A stretch of DNA of 64,000 bases from Azolla caroliniana (GCA_043228905.1 JBHGNT010000020.1:3410001-3474000); one strand, 5' to 3'; shown: positions 1 through 12,916, counted from the first letter of the stretch. Made by a program: numbers and translations. Notes: generated by a model from the sequence alone, not told the origin.

Positions 1-2993
1 GTTCGCATTGCCGGTGGCTTGAAGGGACCGACAAAGTCCAAACCCCACTTTTGAAACGGTTCCAAAGGCAAGACCGGGTGGTGTGGCATCCAGGCCTGCT
101 CCGTGGGTTGGCCCAGTCGTTGACACAAATCGCATTCTCTGCTATACTTCACGGCATCTTTTAGGGTGGTGGGCCACCACAGTCCACTCTGCCATATTTT
201 CCGAGCGGTTGCGTCGCCAGCAATTCCACAGTGGGCTTCCCTGAGGATTAAATCCTTCTCATCGCTCCACACTGCTCGTCTCCAGATGCCATCTGCCCCC
301 TTGTGATAGAGGGTGTCTCCAACCAAGCAGAAATGTCTGCTTCTTACTGCTACCCTTTTCCTTTCATCGCGGTCCATGTTCTCCGGGGGTACTCCGGTGC
401 TCAGGAACTGATGCATCTCAGTTAGCCACGTGTCTTCATCGGCTACCGTTGCATCCGTTGCCGGTTTCGTCGTGATCCGGAACAACTCGGCGTCGGGGAA
501 CTCATCCTGGACGCCGTCCCCTGCTTCTCCGGATTCGAGTCTGCTTAGGTAGTCCGCTACCGCATGCTGCGCCCCGGGTCGGTGGAAAATGTCGAATTCA
601 AATTCCTGTAACAACAGTGTCCATCGTGCAATTTTTCCTGTCAGGGATGCCTTCGAGACCAGGTAGAGTAGTGCCGAATGGTCGAAATGGAAGGAAAACT
701 TCCTTCCGAGAAGATAGTGCCTGTACTTTGTGACACTATACACCATTCCCAATGCCTCGCGTTCCGTCGTAGAGTAGTTCCGTTCGGCTTTTGAGAGTTT
801 CCGGTTTGCGTTGTACACCGGTCGGTACCATTTCGGCTCCGTGAGTTGCATCAGAACGCTGCCGATTGCTACGTCCGACGCGTCGACGAAGACGTGAAAG
901 CTTTTACTCCAATCCGGCGGTTGCACCACCGGAGCTTGCGACAGCATAACCTTCAACGCTTGGTAGGCTTCCTCCTCCGTCTCCGCCCATAGGAAGGGTA
1001 CCCTGTGTACGGCGGTATGTAATGGTGTAGCGAAGTGTGCGAGGTGCCGTATCATCCGGATATGCCACCTTATTTGGCCCAGGAACCGGCTTAAAGCCTT
1101 TGCGTTATTTGGTGCTGGTGCCTCGAGAATCGCCTTGACTTTATCCGGATCTACCGCGATTCCTTCCTTACTCACCACATGCCCTAGTAAGTTGCCGCTT
1201 GCCACTCCAAAGACGCACTTGGCCGGGTTCAGACTTAACCGGTACTCGCAGCACTTCTCCAAGCACAGTCGGAGGTGATCGAGATGCTCTCCGTGCCGGC
1301 TGTAGACCGCGAAATCGTCAAGGAAGACCTGCATAAAACCGGGGATATATTCCCCGAAAATTTCCATTATTATCCTTTGAAAGGTCGTTGGAGCCGTCTT
1401 TAGTCCGAACATCATCACGACCGCGACGAACACTCCCCATTCCATAACGAACGTTGTCTTCTCCTGGTCGGCCGGGTTCATTCGTATTTGGTTGTAGCCG
1501 CTAAATCCATCCAGGAAGCTGTAAACTTCGTGGCCGGCTACCGCATCTAACACCCCGTCCGTAAATGGTAGTGGAAACGCATCGGTCACTGTTGCGGCAT
1601 TTAGTTTTCGGTAGTCCACGCATACCCGGATTTTGCCGTTCTTTTTCGGGACCACCACTATCGGACTCAGCCAGGTTGCCTGCTTGACTGGTCGGATAGA
1701 TCCGACCCGGAGGAGCTTATCAATCTCCTCCTTCACCTTCGCCGCATAATTCGGATTCATCTAGTACCTGCGTTGAGCGATCGGTTTCGCGTCCGTACTT
1801 AGGTGAATTTGGTGCTGATAGAGCTGGGGGTCCAGCCCTCGCATGTCTTCGTACGACCACGCGAACACATCCTTGAAGTCTGTTAATAATGATATCATTG
1901 CCTTCTTTTCTTCCTTCGGCAATTCCTTTGCGACATTTACCGGTCGGGGCTTGTCTGTTGTGCCGAGGTCCACCTCCTCTAGTTGGGATGCTTTTACCCT
2001 CTGGGATATCGTCATTTCCCTCTCTAGGGATTCCTGCGCTTGTCGCAGTTCCCGGATCGCCGCTTGGTCCGGTTCGTTCGGCGTCGTAATGTACGGTTCT
2101 ACTGCCGCCGTGATATCCACCTCAAATAGTGGGACAATTCGTGGGTGTTCCTCGAGGTACCGCTCGACTTCCTCGTCCGGTAATCCCTCCAACATGTTGA
2201 TGCTTTCCGCATACAATGGAGTTGCTTCCTTACTGGTGATCACCCGTGGTTGCGTCGTTACTCGTACCTTTGTTTTCCCTCGCCGGAATGTGATCATGTT
2301 CTTTTGCCAGTTCTGCTTGATATGCGCCGTTCGCAGCCATGGTCGTCCTAGCAGTAGGGGGTACGCGCCTTGTACATTCAGCTGCAGCACCACGGCCGAT
2401 ATCCGGAATACGTGGCCTCCGATCGTTACTTCCAATTCCCGGATAAGCCCGGTCGGTCGGACTGAGCTGGTATTCGCCATGCGTAACCAGAAGGGGCATG
2501 GTTCCCATTCCCGGATGCCCAGGTTATCGCATGTCTGTCGGCTAATGACATTTACCCTGGAGCCTCCGTCAATAATCGTTCCAACAATTTCCTTTCCTTT
2601 CACGATTGCCGTGATCGCCGGGCTACTTGTATCGACCACCGCTGGTCCTTCCTCCGGGTTGGAGAAGAATGCCGGTGTTGGCGTCGGCTTCGGTTTGCTC
2701 ACGGATGCCTGTAAGTCTGCCGTAAACCGTGGCACCAACTGTAGTAGCCATGCTAACGGCAGCATGATTTGACAGTCCTGTAGCGCTTGCCACGTCGGGT
2801 TTTCTCCTGGCTGTATGATTTCTTCGTCTTTTGGCATATTTTGGTCTCTTACTTCTGCCGCATTCTGTTCATTGGCCTCCTTGATCCATTGCGCCGCTTG
2901 TTTTCTGATTGCCTCCTGGGCTTCCCACTCGGCGGTCTTTCCCTTTGACCGGGTTGTGACCTGCTGTACTTCTGTTATTTCGGCTGTAACCAT
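1..2993 (-). pseudogene. pol: Gypsy pol (aspartic protease, RT, RNase H, start of integrase), interrupted by a stop at 1761
   Basis: ORF 1761-2993 has IIDGGSRVN and LLLGRPWL (protease). The same frame continues with VDYRKLN, DGFSGYNQI, FLDDF (RT), VDAS (RNase H) and the integrase zinc-binding region HCG...CDLCQ. Confidence 0.9.
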
Positions 2994-4787
2994 GTTGACT
3001 GCCGGCTACTTGTCATTGGTTTTGCTTGGGCATTGGTTACTATAATGGCCTTCCTTACGGCAGTAATAACAGTACACCTTGTGACTGTTGCTCGTTTCTC
3101 CTTTGTCCCCGGTTTGGAGGGTGGGTATGCTTCGGCGGTCGTCTTCGGTTTTTCGGTTATCCGGTACCGATACCGGGTTGTCATTCCTTGCTGCCTCCCG
3201 ACGTTCCCCTCTTCGGAAAAATCCACACTTCTGATTCCTTCGGAAATTTCGGTTCCCTTGTCGCCTCTCTTCTCTGCGTTGTTCGTATTACGGGGATTCG
3301 TCTCGGTCGTACCGGTCCCGGGGGTAGCTATCTCTGCGTTTCTCCTCTCGGTCATAGTTATCGCGTCTTCTATCAGCGTATCTGTGACCGCATTCGCGTT
3401 GGTAGCGGTCGTCTCTCCGGAATCGATCCTCATCCGGGTTCTGATTGCGCGGTTCTATGTGTCGAACCGGTGCTGCCTGCCGATTTAACAGGTTCTATTC
3501 GCATCGGTCCGTTGTATGGGCTCGAGAGTTGCAGATCATACATTGTGTCCGCAGGGTGCAGTCTACTGTTGAGTGGCCCGAATTTAGGCATGTTGTGCAT
3601 TGTAAGGCCTGTCGGAACCTCAGGTCTTCCTCCTTCAGAAGTGCCCGGTGTAACATCCCCATCGACAAGAAGGAGCTAGTCTTGTCCATTTCTAAGACCC
3701 GATCAATAACTTGGTCCATTGTGCTGGTGTGGAAATCAAGGACTCCGCACATTGTTCAAAGTGGCTCTTTCAGCGCGGCCAAAAAGACTGCTTTGGCTTC
3801 GTCTTTGGGTGGTGCTCTCGTCAGTTGGCTGTGCAGGGTCTGAAACCGAATGATGAATTGTGGCACAATCTCGTTCTCTTCCTGCCGGGTGGTGTAGAAC
3901 TGCCCGACCAATTCCCTTTGCTCAACTTGTCTGTGAAAAAGCCTGAGGAATTTGGCCTTCAAGGCATCGAATGTGGCAAAGCTGCCCGGTAAGTGCTTTG
4001 CATGCCATCGGGCCGCCGGTCCTTCTAAGGTCATGCCGAATTCGGCGACTTTGGATCGTTCGGCTTCGGGCTCCGTCAGTCTTTGGGAGACATGGTTGGC
4101 TTCCCATGTTTGGAGGAATGCGTACACGTGTGCCTCCGCGTCGGGCTCATCCCGGTACTTTGGGTATGGGTACGGCATCGTGTCGTCCAACTGACTCTCC
4201 TGCTTTCTCCGCTCTCTGTCCGCTGTTGGCGTCGGTGTGAGAACCTTTGGTTCCTCCGTGGTTGGTGCCGGTATCCGCTCCTTCAGTTCCTCCGCGGGTG
4301 TTGCCGGTGTCCGCTCCTTCGGTTCCTTCGCGGGTGTAGTCGGTATCCCGTCAGCCTCCCTCGGCGATTGCCGGTCACCGAACTCCAAGGTTATTTCTTC
4401 CTCTGGCTCCGGTGTTACTGAGTCTTCCGACCCCTCTTCCCCCGGGTCGTTTGGTGTGTCGTGGCTGCTTTTATACCGGGACGCAACGCTTCCGTCGCTT
4501 TCCGACTCCGCCTCAAGTGTTGCGAATGCTTCCGAGTCCCCGTCGCCCCCGGCGAGCGTCTGTAGTATCGTTTCCGCCTCTTGCAGGCTTGTTATGCTAC
4601 TGCCTTCGTCGGGGACTTGCAGAACCCGGAACTGCAGTGCTTCTTCTGCGACTCTCCGAAGAGTTTTGGAGAATGACCGATCCCGCCGGATCTCGTCGAC
4701 GGCTTGCTGCAGGGCTTCCCGTCGTTGCTCGCGTTCGGTGTATCGTCTCCCTCGTTCGGTGATGTGGTCGTCGTTTGGTCTATACAT
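2994..4787 (-). pseudogene. gag: Gypsy gag with three CCHC zinc knuckles and premature stops
   Basis: ORFs 3756-4859 and 3495-3752. Retrotrans_gag-like LEGPAARWH. Knuckles CTTCLNSGHSTVDC, CMICNSRAHTTDRC and CYYCRKEGHYSNQC (about 3030-3075). Likely ATG at 4787. Confidence 0.8.
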
Positions 4788-4833
4788 CCATCCCCCGGTT
4801 GTCCTTTGCACTTTGCAGGAATCGTGGTCGCCA

Positions 4834-6190
4834 GGACTAACAGGTACTTCAATGCTCATAAATGAGTTGCTGACACTGATTCCTAAAATATTCCTATTAC
4901 TAAGAATAGGAGTATACGCCCTTATGGCCCATTGACCTGTCCGTCGGTCAGCCCAACTGTCGACTTCTTCAGTCGACCGACCTATTGGCCTTTAGTCGTT
5001 TGACTCATGTTGAGCTTATCTCTCAACAGTCCCCCTCAAGCTCAACTTGAGGTTCTTCATCAGCTCCAGCTGATCCACCGCTCCAACATGTCCTAGCTAC
5101 TTGCCTTCTTGCCCACGCTCCACGACCCATCTAGTCCCGCGCTCCTCAACTTGACAGATCTTAAGGCCCTCGATGGCCTTCTTCTTGCCTCTGCAACTTT
5201 GGCGCCCCTTGATCCGTCGGCTCTCTCCTTCGCATCATCTTCAGTTTCCTTCTCGTTCATTTGGCCTTTACGTGATTCGGCTCGTCCAAATCACTCCTCT
5301 TGTCCGAATCGGTTGTCTCGGATTCATCTTCATCGCTAACTAAATCGGTAGACGAATCAGTTGTCTCTGATTCGTCTTTTGTTCGGCCTTTGACACTCTC
5401 AGCCCAAGTCTTCACGACTTCCTTCTCTTTTCCTGCTCCCCCTTGTTTGGTTGGTCTTCCCTTAGCCAATTTTCTCCCTGACATCCTCTTGTCGAATTCG
5501 GCTTGTCTAATTGATCCTACTCTCCCCCTCAAGTTCGGCACGTTGACATTCTGTAGACCAAGCATACTTGAGAAATGTTGCAACTTATCGAGTTCGAGAG
5601 GTTTGGTGAAGGTGTCGGCTAACTGCTGATGAGTTGGAACATATTGCAGTTCCACTTCACTAGAGAGGACATGCTCGCACACAAAGTGGTACTGCACTTC
5701 TATGTGCTTTGTCCGAGAGTGAAGACGGGGTTCTTGGCTAAAACTTTGCGTTCCAGGCTTGGGGGGCTTGTTTCAGTCTGTAGATGGATTTCTTCAGCCA
5801 ACAATCTGCCGATGTGTTCAATTCGGCTACAGATCCGAGGAGTTGTACCATGTACACCTATTCCTCAAGCTCTCCTTGTAGGAACACATTCTTTACATCC
5901 ATCTGATGTAGATGTCACCCCTTTGCCATTGTTATAGCCAACAACATATACACAGTCGTCATCTTCACGACCGGCGTGAATATCTCATCGTAATCAATGT
6001 CGTGTACCTACGTGTAGCCCTTGGCCACCAATCGGGCCTTGTACCTATTGATCGAGCTATCAGCGTTGTATTTTACCTTATACACCCACTTGCATCTGAT
6101 CGGCTTTACTCCTTTGGGGGCATCAACCACGTCCTAGATGTCATTTTCAGCCAATGCATGCATTTTTTCCTCCATGGCCGCGTTGGTCGC
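4834..6190 (-). mobile_element. Ty1/Copia 3' remnant: RT and RNase H fragments, 3' extension, PPT and partial 3' LTR (4834-5028)
   Basis: QYHFVCEHV...LADTFTKPL (Copia RNase H). RT start AMEEKMHAL...CKWVYK at about 6080-6180. PPT CTTGAGGGGGAC precedes TGTTG. The LTR part matches the LTRs at 37786-38251 and 38866-39287 (ATGAGCATTGAAGTAC). Confidence 0.8.
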
Positions 6191-7408
6191 CTCGGACGAT
6201 CAAGTGGGAAAGGACGAAGCGGAAAAAGACAAGCGGATGGTTACGGCCGAGTAAAGAAGATGGGTGGGGGCCGAAAAGCAGTAAAGAAGAGAAAACTTAA
6301 AACGGCTAGGAAATTCATGAGGGACAACAATTCATGCTCTGTGCGTAACCACCCATGACCCTATATAAAGGGCATGGAGAACCTGTAACAAATCTAATCG
6401 AAGTTTTTGTATAAAGAAATTTTGAATATAGAATCTGTTTTCCTATTTGTTGTGTCTCTATTCTATGTTGAGCTTTATCTATGTCGAGTCCACATACTCT
6501 ATGTAAAGCATGTACGAGTCCATTGTAGCTATCTTCGTAAACCTCCACAGTTTCAATGATCGAGATACCTGTTAGGAAACAGGTCCCTCCGGATGGGAAG
6601 CGAAAAGAACAGTGATGATGAGCAAACTCGGCCAAGGCCGATAGGCCGAGGCCGAATCCGGATGAGGAGTACCTGGCAACGGAACACCCGGTGAGAACCG
6701 GATGAGGAGTACCCGGCAACGGAAGACCCGGTGAGAACCGGATGACGTGTGCCCGGCAAGCGCCGGATGATGCAGGCCCGGTGAGGAGTGCTCACTGGAT
6801 GAAGGGACATATTCGTAAATATGTTTTCTGAGAGTCCATCGTGGCTATATTTGTAAATAGCCAAAAAGTCATATTAGTATAAATATGACTTAGGGCAAAC
6901 TTAGTGTGTGCTGTTGTTGTTTTTAGTCATTCTTTTTGGCACAAGATTAGAGCGCAACAGTGTACAAAGAGAGAGAGAGAGAGAGAGAAAGAGACGAAGA
7001 GTTCGTATATCTGTTGTAATCGCCGCCTGTGGCGAAGACAGTGAACAAGAGGTCGTTGCCTTTGTATATTGTTACATAGTGATAGTTAGCAGTCAGTGGA
7101 CTGCCGTGGTTTTTCCCGTGTTTGGGTTTTCCACGTAAACATCCTGTGTACTCTTCTCTCCATTGTGTCGTGCATTCATTCCCGTTTTCTGTGTTTGATT
7201 CTAAGCTTGGTTGTGGCCGAGCGTTGTTCATCGGGAGCGTGTAGTGCTTGACAATACCTAGCACAATTCTTGTTCACAGTAACCTAGGCTACGAGTAAGC
7301 CCCTTCACACTCCCCTAACCACGATACCCTTGAGCCGAACCCCAAGGACTGAAGATTCGGCACCGTGTTATCCTAAGCCGGTAACACTTTTGGCACACAT
7401 GGTGGGAC
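6190..7408 (+). mobile_element. Partial Gypsy-type LTR with a degenerate PBS, interrupted by a solo LTR
   Basis: TATATAAAGGGCAT at about 6362 (also on the minus strand near 56315). Ends ...GGTAACA at 7386, followed by TGGCACACATGGTGGGAC (7391-7408), resembling a tRNA-Arg PBS. Left boundary approximate. Confidence 0.45.
6570..7253 (+). mobile_element. Solo LTR (684 bp, Copia-like)
   Basis: TGTT...GACA termini and perfect TSD ATACC (6565-69 / 7254-58). TATA at about 6878, (GA)n tract, GGGTTTTCCACGTAAA motif, and about 3 copies of a 39-bp repeat at 6658-6790. Confidence 0.88.
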
Positions 7409-7530
7409 ACAACGTCAATTTGATTTGCGGATCATGGCATTCATAATAGTTTCCACATTGATTTGCGTCGTGATTTCGTGGGAGTTGGGGTGAGGCGGTG
7501 CTTCTGCCACTTTGATATACCTGCTAGCTC

Positions 7531-10500
7531 GTGGTCATGGAGCCACCGTCGCAGACTAGGGGAGACGTTGATGGTCATAGTTGTCTCAACGTCGGGTTGG
7601 GCAAGATTGGCCATATGAGGAATGTTGACGAAGGTCGTGGCAGAATTGAGCTTCCTCCATTGAATATTGCCTTAGTTGAAGTCCAGAGGGAGCTAGCCAC
7701 AGTACGGGTAGGAGTCAAGGATATGGTCACGAAAATCAAAAGCACAAAGAAGGCTGAAAAATACGCCAAACAACAACTAGAAGAGGCCCAGAAGACTATC
7801 GCAGACTTGTAGTGTTGAATACGGGCTTCTAATGGACGTATTCACACCGTCTCTTTTTTTTGTACACACTAGGCTTAGGATATTTATGTAAATAGTGAGA
7901 AGGGAAATTGCCCTAAGTCAGTAAGTATATAAATTGACTTTGTAACCCAGTTAATGGTGGTTGCTCATTTTGTAAAAGTTGAAATAAACTTCGTTGACAT
8001 TGTGCCTACTTGTCTTTGATTCTCTCTCTTGCGTACTAGTTGTTTTATTGTTTGACTCTTTCTTGCCATCAAAGTTATGATCTTGCATCCATTTACGATT
8101 TTATCCTAGAAGAGTGTTGATCTTGTTCCGCATTAGAAGACGACGTTCCCAACATCTGGTATCAGAGCTTGGTCGTCTATTTGATTATGTTGCCGCCTTC
8201 TATCTAGTCTCCATCGACAACTCTCGTTTGTGTATCCTAAAGATCTTAGTTGATCTCGACAGGCAACCTACAACAAGATTGTTTATGCAAAGAGAAACGT
8301 GACGAAGTTTGCACTCTATTGTTCTAGGCCACTATTGGTTATGTGATCATAGTTTCTCGGAGTGAGACTTCTATCTTGACTAGGCCAAATCATTGCTTCA
8401 CTCGGATAGGCGGAAATCGAATAGGTCATCTGACGCTTTTTCCCCTACTCACCGTAGTCACCTGAAGCAAACACGACTCCAGGGGCAACCCCAATATGTG
8501 TTTCATTCGACTGGACGACATTTGGGAGGACTAGTCGGATCTGTCCCTCTCATCGCTACAGTTAACCGAAACAGGATTGGCCTAGAGTATTGCATATAAT
8601 CCGTGTTGAGAAATTTCGAAAAAATCGAATCATCAAATCCGGGTTCAACTCGACTAAGTCAGTTGATAGTAGTCACTCCATCACAGGATTCATTGATATT
8701 CGTAATCAACACGACTTGTGTTCAACTTTGGCTAGAACGGCATCGAGTGAGCCAAGCAGTTGCACTCCATCACAGTTCGTAGCTAACTCCGGACAAAGTC
8801 TATTATACCAACACAGATGGCTTCAACATCCGGCTCGTCAGAGATGAGTCTAAGGAAGTTCAATGGATCGAACTTCAACTTCTGGAAGGAGTAGATGCAA
8901 GACTATCTATATAGTCAAGGGGCAAATTGCTTGAATGGGAAAAGCTCGACAGAATCGTCCGAGCCACCATTCGGATGCACCTATCGGAGTTTGTGTACTT
9001 CACAGTGCAATCGTGTTCAACTGCCTTCCAACTATGGAAGACACTTTCAGACACTTACGAAAAGAAGGTTGCCGCCACCAAGATATACCTGATTCGGCGC
9101 CTTTACAACCTTTGGAGGAAAGAGTCTGACTCGGTCCAGGCACACCTGAACAAGTACGAAAGCTTAAGCTCCCAAATTTTGGCCCATGGGACAATTATCG
9201 AGGATGAACTAAAAGCAATGCTGCTCATGAGTAGTCTCCCTCCCTCATGGGAAACTTTCATTACAACTGTGTGCAATGCGTCAACAGCTGCCGTTAAGTA
9301 CTCCTCAGTCATGAGTGCAATTCTGACTGAAGCAACTCAGAGAAAATCGTTCGCTAACGATTCAGCCAACAACGCTTACGTAGTACAAGGTTCGACCAAC
9401 CGATCAAACAATTGTGGAAGAAGTTCTTCACGGCAGCCGAATAATTAGCAAAGTCGGAGCAAGTCCCAAGATAATCGAGTCTGCAACTACTACAAGGAAT
9501 CCGGACACATCAAAGCCGACTGTCGTGCACTCAAGGCCAAAAACGATAAGGCTCAGCGAGCCGAACAAAAGAGTGGCCGACACGAGGAGATCAACAACAT
9601 CGGCTCTTCGATCGAAGTATTGACAAACAACCCGAATATACTATCAATTGAGAACTCAATCGAATCAGAAGTTCTGCTTACGATTGAAGAATCGAGCAAG
9701 TGGCTCTTAGATTCAGGTGCATCCTTTCATGTGACTCCTCATCGATCTCAATTTCGGCAATACACGACCTGACATTCCAACTCAGTTCGGGTAGGAAATT
9801 CACAACATTGTGACATAATTGGAATCGACACGGTAGAGCTCAACCTTGCGGGTGGCTCTACATTAGTACTACGCAATGTCCGACATGTACTTGAGCTCTC
9901 ACGACCACTGATCTCAGTTGGACAATTGGATGAAGACGACATCCGTGTTGGCTTCTCATCAGGAGGGTGGACGCTCCACAAAGGGAATCTCCTGCTTGCT
10001 TGAGGACCGAAGATACACCCATTGTATCCTTTGCATGTCACACTAAGAGAGGGTGACCTATTTTTAGTTTACATTCCTATGTCATCACTCTAGCACGGAT
10101 GACTCGGAAACCTCATCAAGGCCGACATCACGCACTTATCCAGAACCAGATACATCCCTAAACTCTCCTTCTCGGGTCATCAATTCTGCGAGCATTGCCA
10201 ATACGGCAAATAGAAAACCGTGACACACCCGACATCTGCCCCGAGAGAATCGAGCCCACTCAATTTGGTCCACTCAAACGTATGTGGTCCTATGCCACAT
10301 CAATCCCTCAACAACGCTCTGTATTTCTTCAACTTCATTGACGACTCAACTCGGAAGGTGTGGGCTTATCCGATTAAAACTAAAGATCGTGTTTTCTCGA
10401 TCTTTTCCGATTGGTTCGTTATGGTTGAGAATCAGTTCGGCTGAAAACTGAAAAGCTTTCGGTCCAATAACGGGGGAGAGTTCAAATCAGAGGAATTCGT

Positions 10501-12140
10501 CAAATTTTGCTGACAACGCGGCATCAGACGTGAATTTACGGCACCCCACAGTTTGGAGCAGAATGGAATTGCCAAGCGAATGAATCTGACAATTCAAGAA
10601 AGGATAGTTTCCATGCTCCAACACTCCGAACTGTTGGATGGCTTCTGGGCAGAGGCCCTACTTACATCAGTACACATAATCAATATTTCGCCGAGCAGGC
10701 CTCTAGGACTTCGGATCCCTCAAGAACTATGGACTGGCAGTAAGCCGAATTACGACAAGTTGAGGATTTTCGGATGTGAGGCGTACGCCCTCATCCCGAA
10801 AGATGATCCCGAAACATAGTCAAGCATGTGTTCAGATATCTAGTGGGCACAAAAGACCTTGGTATTCTATTCGGCCCGAACGACATCTCAAGCATAGTCG
10901 GATACACCGACTCTAACTTTGCGGGTTGCATAGATAGTCGTAAATCGACAACCTGATATTGTTTCAAACTCGATAATGGAGCCATCTCATGGAAATCGAA
11001 ACTTCAGGAGTGCACTGCCACATCAACGAGCGAGGCCGAATACGTAGCCGCATCCGATGCGGCGAAAGAGGCCTTATGGCTCGGTCGGTTGGCCTGCATG
11101 TTTCGACAAGCCAAAATCGGCTCAACTCCAATTGTGTACAGTGATAGTCAGGGTGTTGTTGCATATCGATGTTCGATATCATTTCATTTGGGATTGCGTC
11201 ATTACAAGGAAAATCGGTCTAGAGAAAATATCAACAACCGATAATGTCGTGGACGCATTAACCAAGTGCTTTTCAGCGGATCAATTTCGATCCCTTCAGC
11301 ATCGATTGGGCATAATGAAGAATCAGTCCGATTAAATCGGACACTCAGGACATTTCTCAGACAATAGACCTTGATAGTTCGAACTTCGGCTTCAGTCTCT
11401 CCGAACTCGACCAATCCGGCCTTCTACTCTTCGGAGTTCACCGACTCGAACAAATTCTCGATTGTTCGTAAACCTTGTATCAATTTGTATTGTACATTCA
11501 TTTCAGTCTACAAATTTCAAATGTATACACCCATTACGGGGGAGTGTTGAATACGGGCTTCTAATGGACGTATTCACACCGTCTCTTTCTTTGTACACAC
11601 TAGGCTTAGGCTATATTATGTAAATAGTGAGAAGGGCAGTTGCCCTAAGTCAGTCAGTATATAAACTGACTTTGTAACCCAGTTAGTGGTGGTTGCTCAT
11701 TTTGTAAAAGTTGTAATAAACTTCGTTGACATTGTGCCTACTTGTCTCTGATTCTCTCTCTTGCGTACTAGTTGTTTTATTGTTTGACTCTTTCCTGCCA
11801 TCAAAGCTATGATCTTGCATCCATTTATGATCTTATCCTAGAAGAGTGTTGATCTTGTTCCGCATTAGAAGACGACGTTCCCAACATGGAGCACCTCCTG
11901 CGGGTAGCAACAACCACAACCAACACCACAGGCCCTCCCACAACCAAAATACAAAGACTAAACGAGGAGGTCGAAGCTCAAATGGCAATAGCGGCAAAAG
12001 AGAAAAAAACGGCAAACCTTGTCGAGATAGAGATAGAGCAACTCCACGCCAAACTCTGACTGTCATCAGATTGGGAAACAAACGTCTGAGTGAAGGCGTA
12101 GAAGAGCATTAAAGCACTACAAAGAGAAGATGCATGCCGA
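7531..12140 (+). pseudogene. Fragment of a retroelement-associated coiled-coil ORF, split by the Copia insertion
   Basis: 7531-7812 (IELPPLNIALVEVQREL) joined to 11887-12140 (TKIQRLNEEVEAQMAI) aligns with the ORF pieces at 57390-58094 (IELPLLTATLVEVHREL; TKVTTLREEVEVQVEM). Confidence 0.6.
7813..11886 (+). mobile_element. Ty1/Copia LTR retrotransposon (Tork/TNT1-like), internally deleted for most of RT
   Basis: LTRs 7813-8154 and 11545-11886. PBS TGGTATCAGAGC (tRNA-iMet) at 8157, PPT ACGGGGGAG, TSD TGTAG/TGGAG. gag (8927-9448), WLLDSGASFHVT protease, integrase (10220-10800), then a jump at about 10810 into the RT C-terminus and RNase H. Confidence 0.93.
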
Positions 12141-12149
12141 ATTTTTGGC

Positions 12150-12900
12150 TCACAAACAAGCAATTTGTTTCTTGGTCCGTGATGGAGGCGGATTGTTGCT
12201 CATTCCGTGTGACGACGGACTCCGGGGCGTGGTTGTTTCCTTCCTCCTCCCATTCCATGGTTGTGAGGTCTTTGAGACGCTGCTTCTGCTGACGCGGATA
12301 TGGCGATGGACGACCGAGCCCGGAGCTGGTACGACTAGTGGGGGCAACAATATTGTGAAACATTGGTGGATGATTGGGCGGAGCTTCTTACCGGCTTGGA
12401 AGGCGTGGAGTCCTTCACACAATGGCCCTGTAATGACACCCTAGTTGACGACATGTCCCTCAAAGGTTGATATGATGATGTTGGCCTTTTGTTTGGGCAT
12501 CCCGTAAGCATTGGGGTGCACACAAGCCACTTCTAGTAGGAACTTGGCGATCTCGCAGAAGAATGGATTGGGGCCATCCTTTGTCTTGTTCGCCTTGGTA
12601 GAGAGTGAGTATTCGCCAAAATTCCATTCGAGGACCTCTATGGGAGGGATCTCGAAATGTCATTCCCTAGTGGTGGTTAGGCCCAACTTTTTGCAGATCG
12701 TGGCGTTTGTGATCGTGTCCACGTTGATCTGCATCGCCATTTCGTGGGAGTTGGGGTGGGGTGGCACTTCTGCTACTCGGATGTATCCGACAAGTCCATG
12801 GTCATGGAGCCACCATCACAGAGCAGGTGAGATATTGATCGACATGGTAGTCTTGGCTTCGATTGGCGCAGAAGGGTTGGCGGTGTGATATGAAGAGCGA
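12150..12900 (-). pseudogene. Degraded accessory ORF downstream of Gypsy integrase, unknown function
   Basis: Reads WLHDHGLVGYIRVAEVPPHPNSHEMAMQINVDTITNATICK...GLHAFQAGKKLRPIIHQ with stops. A diverged copy at 7424-7556 keeps the same peptide (YIKVAEAPPHPNSHEITTQINVETI). Confidence 0.5.
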
Positions 12901-12916
12901 GGAGAGTGTGCAAAGA

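Larger units (their letters stand above)
1..4833 (-). mobile_element. Ty3/Gypsy (non-chromovirus-like) LTR retrotransposon internal region; runs off the left edge; own 5' LTR missing
   Basis: Domain order gag-PR-RT-RNaseH-INT on the minus strand. PBS-like TGGCGACCAC at 4833-4824 (complementary to a tRNA-Arg-type 3' end, recalled from memory). Confidence 0.9.

Noticed and set aside
1843-4935. Long plus-strand ORFs (309, 217, 232 aa)
   Set aside because: Antisense shadows of the GC-rich gag-pol; no independent motifs.
5257-5290. Peptide DEPNHVKA is identical in the Copia 3' extension and in the accessory ORF at about 56570-56595, with four synonymous differences
   Set aside because: There is no flanking similarity. 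A rough six-frame estimate gives an expectation of order 0.1-1 for one 8-aa match in a window this size, so chance is plausible.
6658-6790. Regularly spaced 39-bp repeats, superficially CRISPR-like
   Set aside because: Head-to-tail tandem units with no unique spacers, inside a eukaryotic LTR, and no cas genes.
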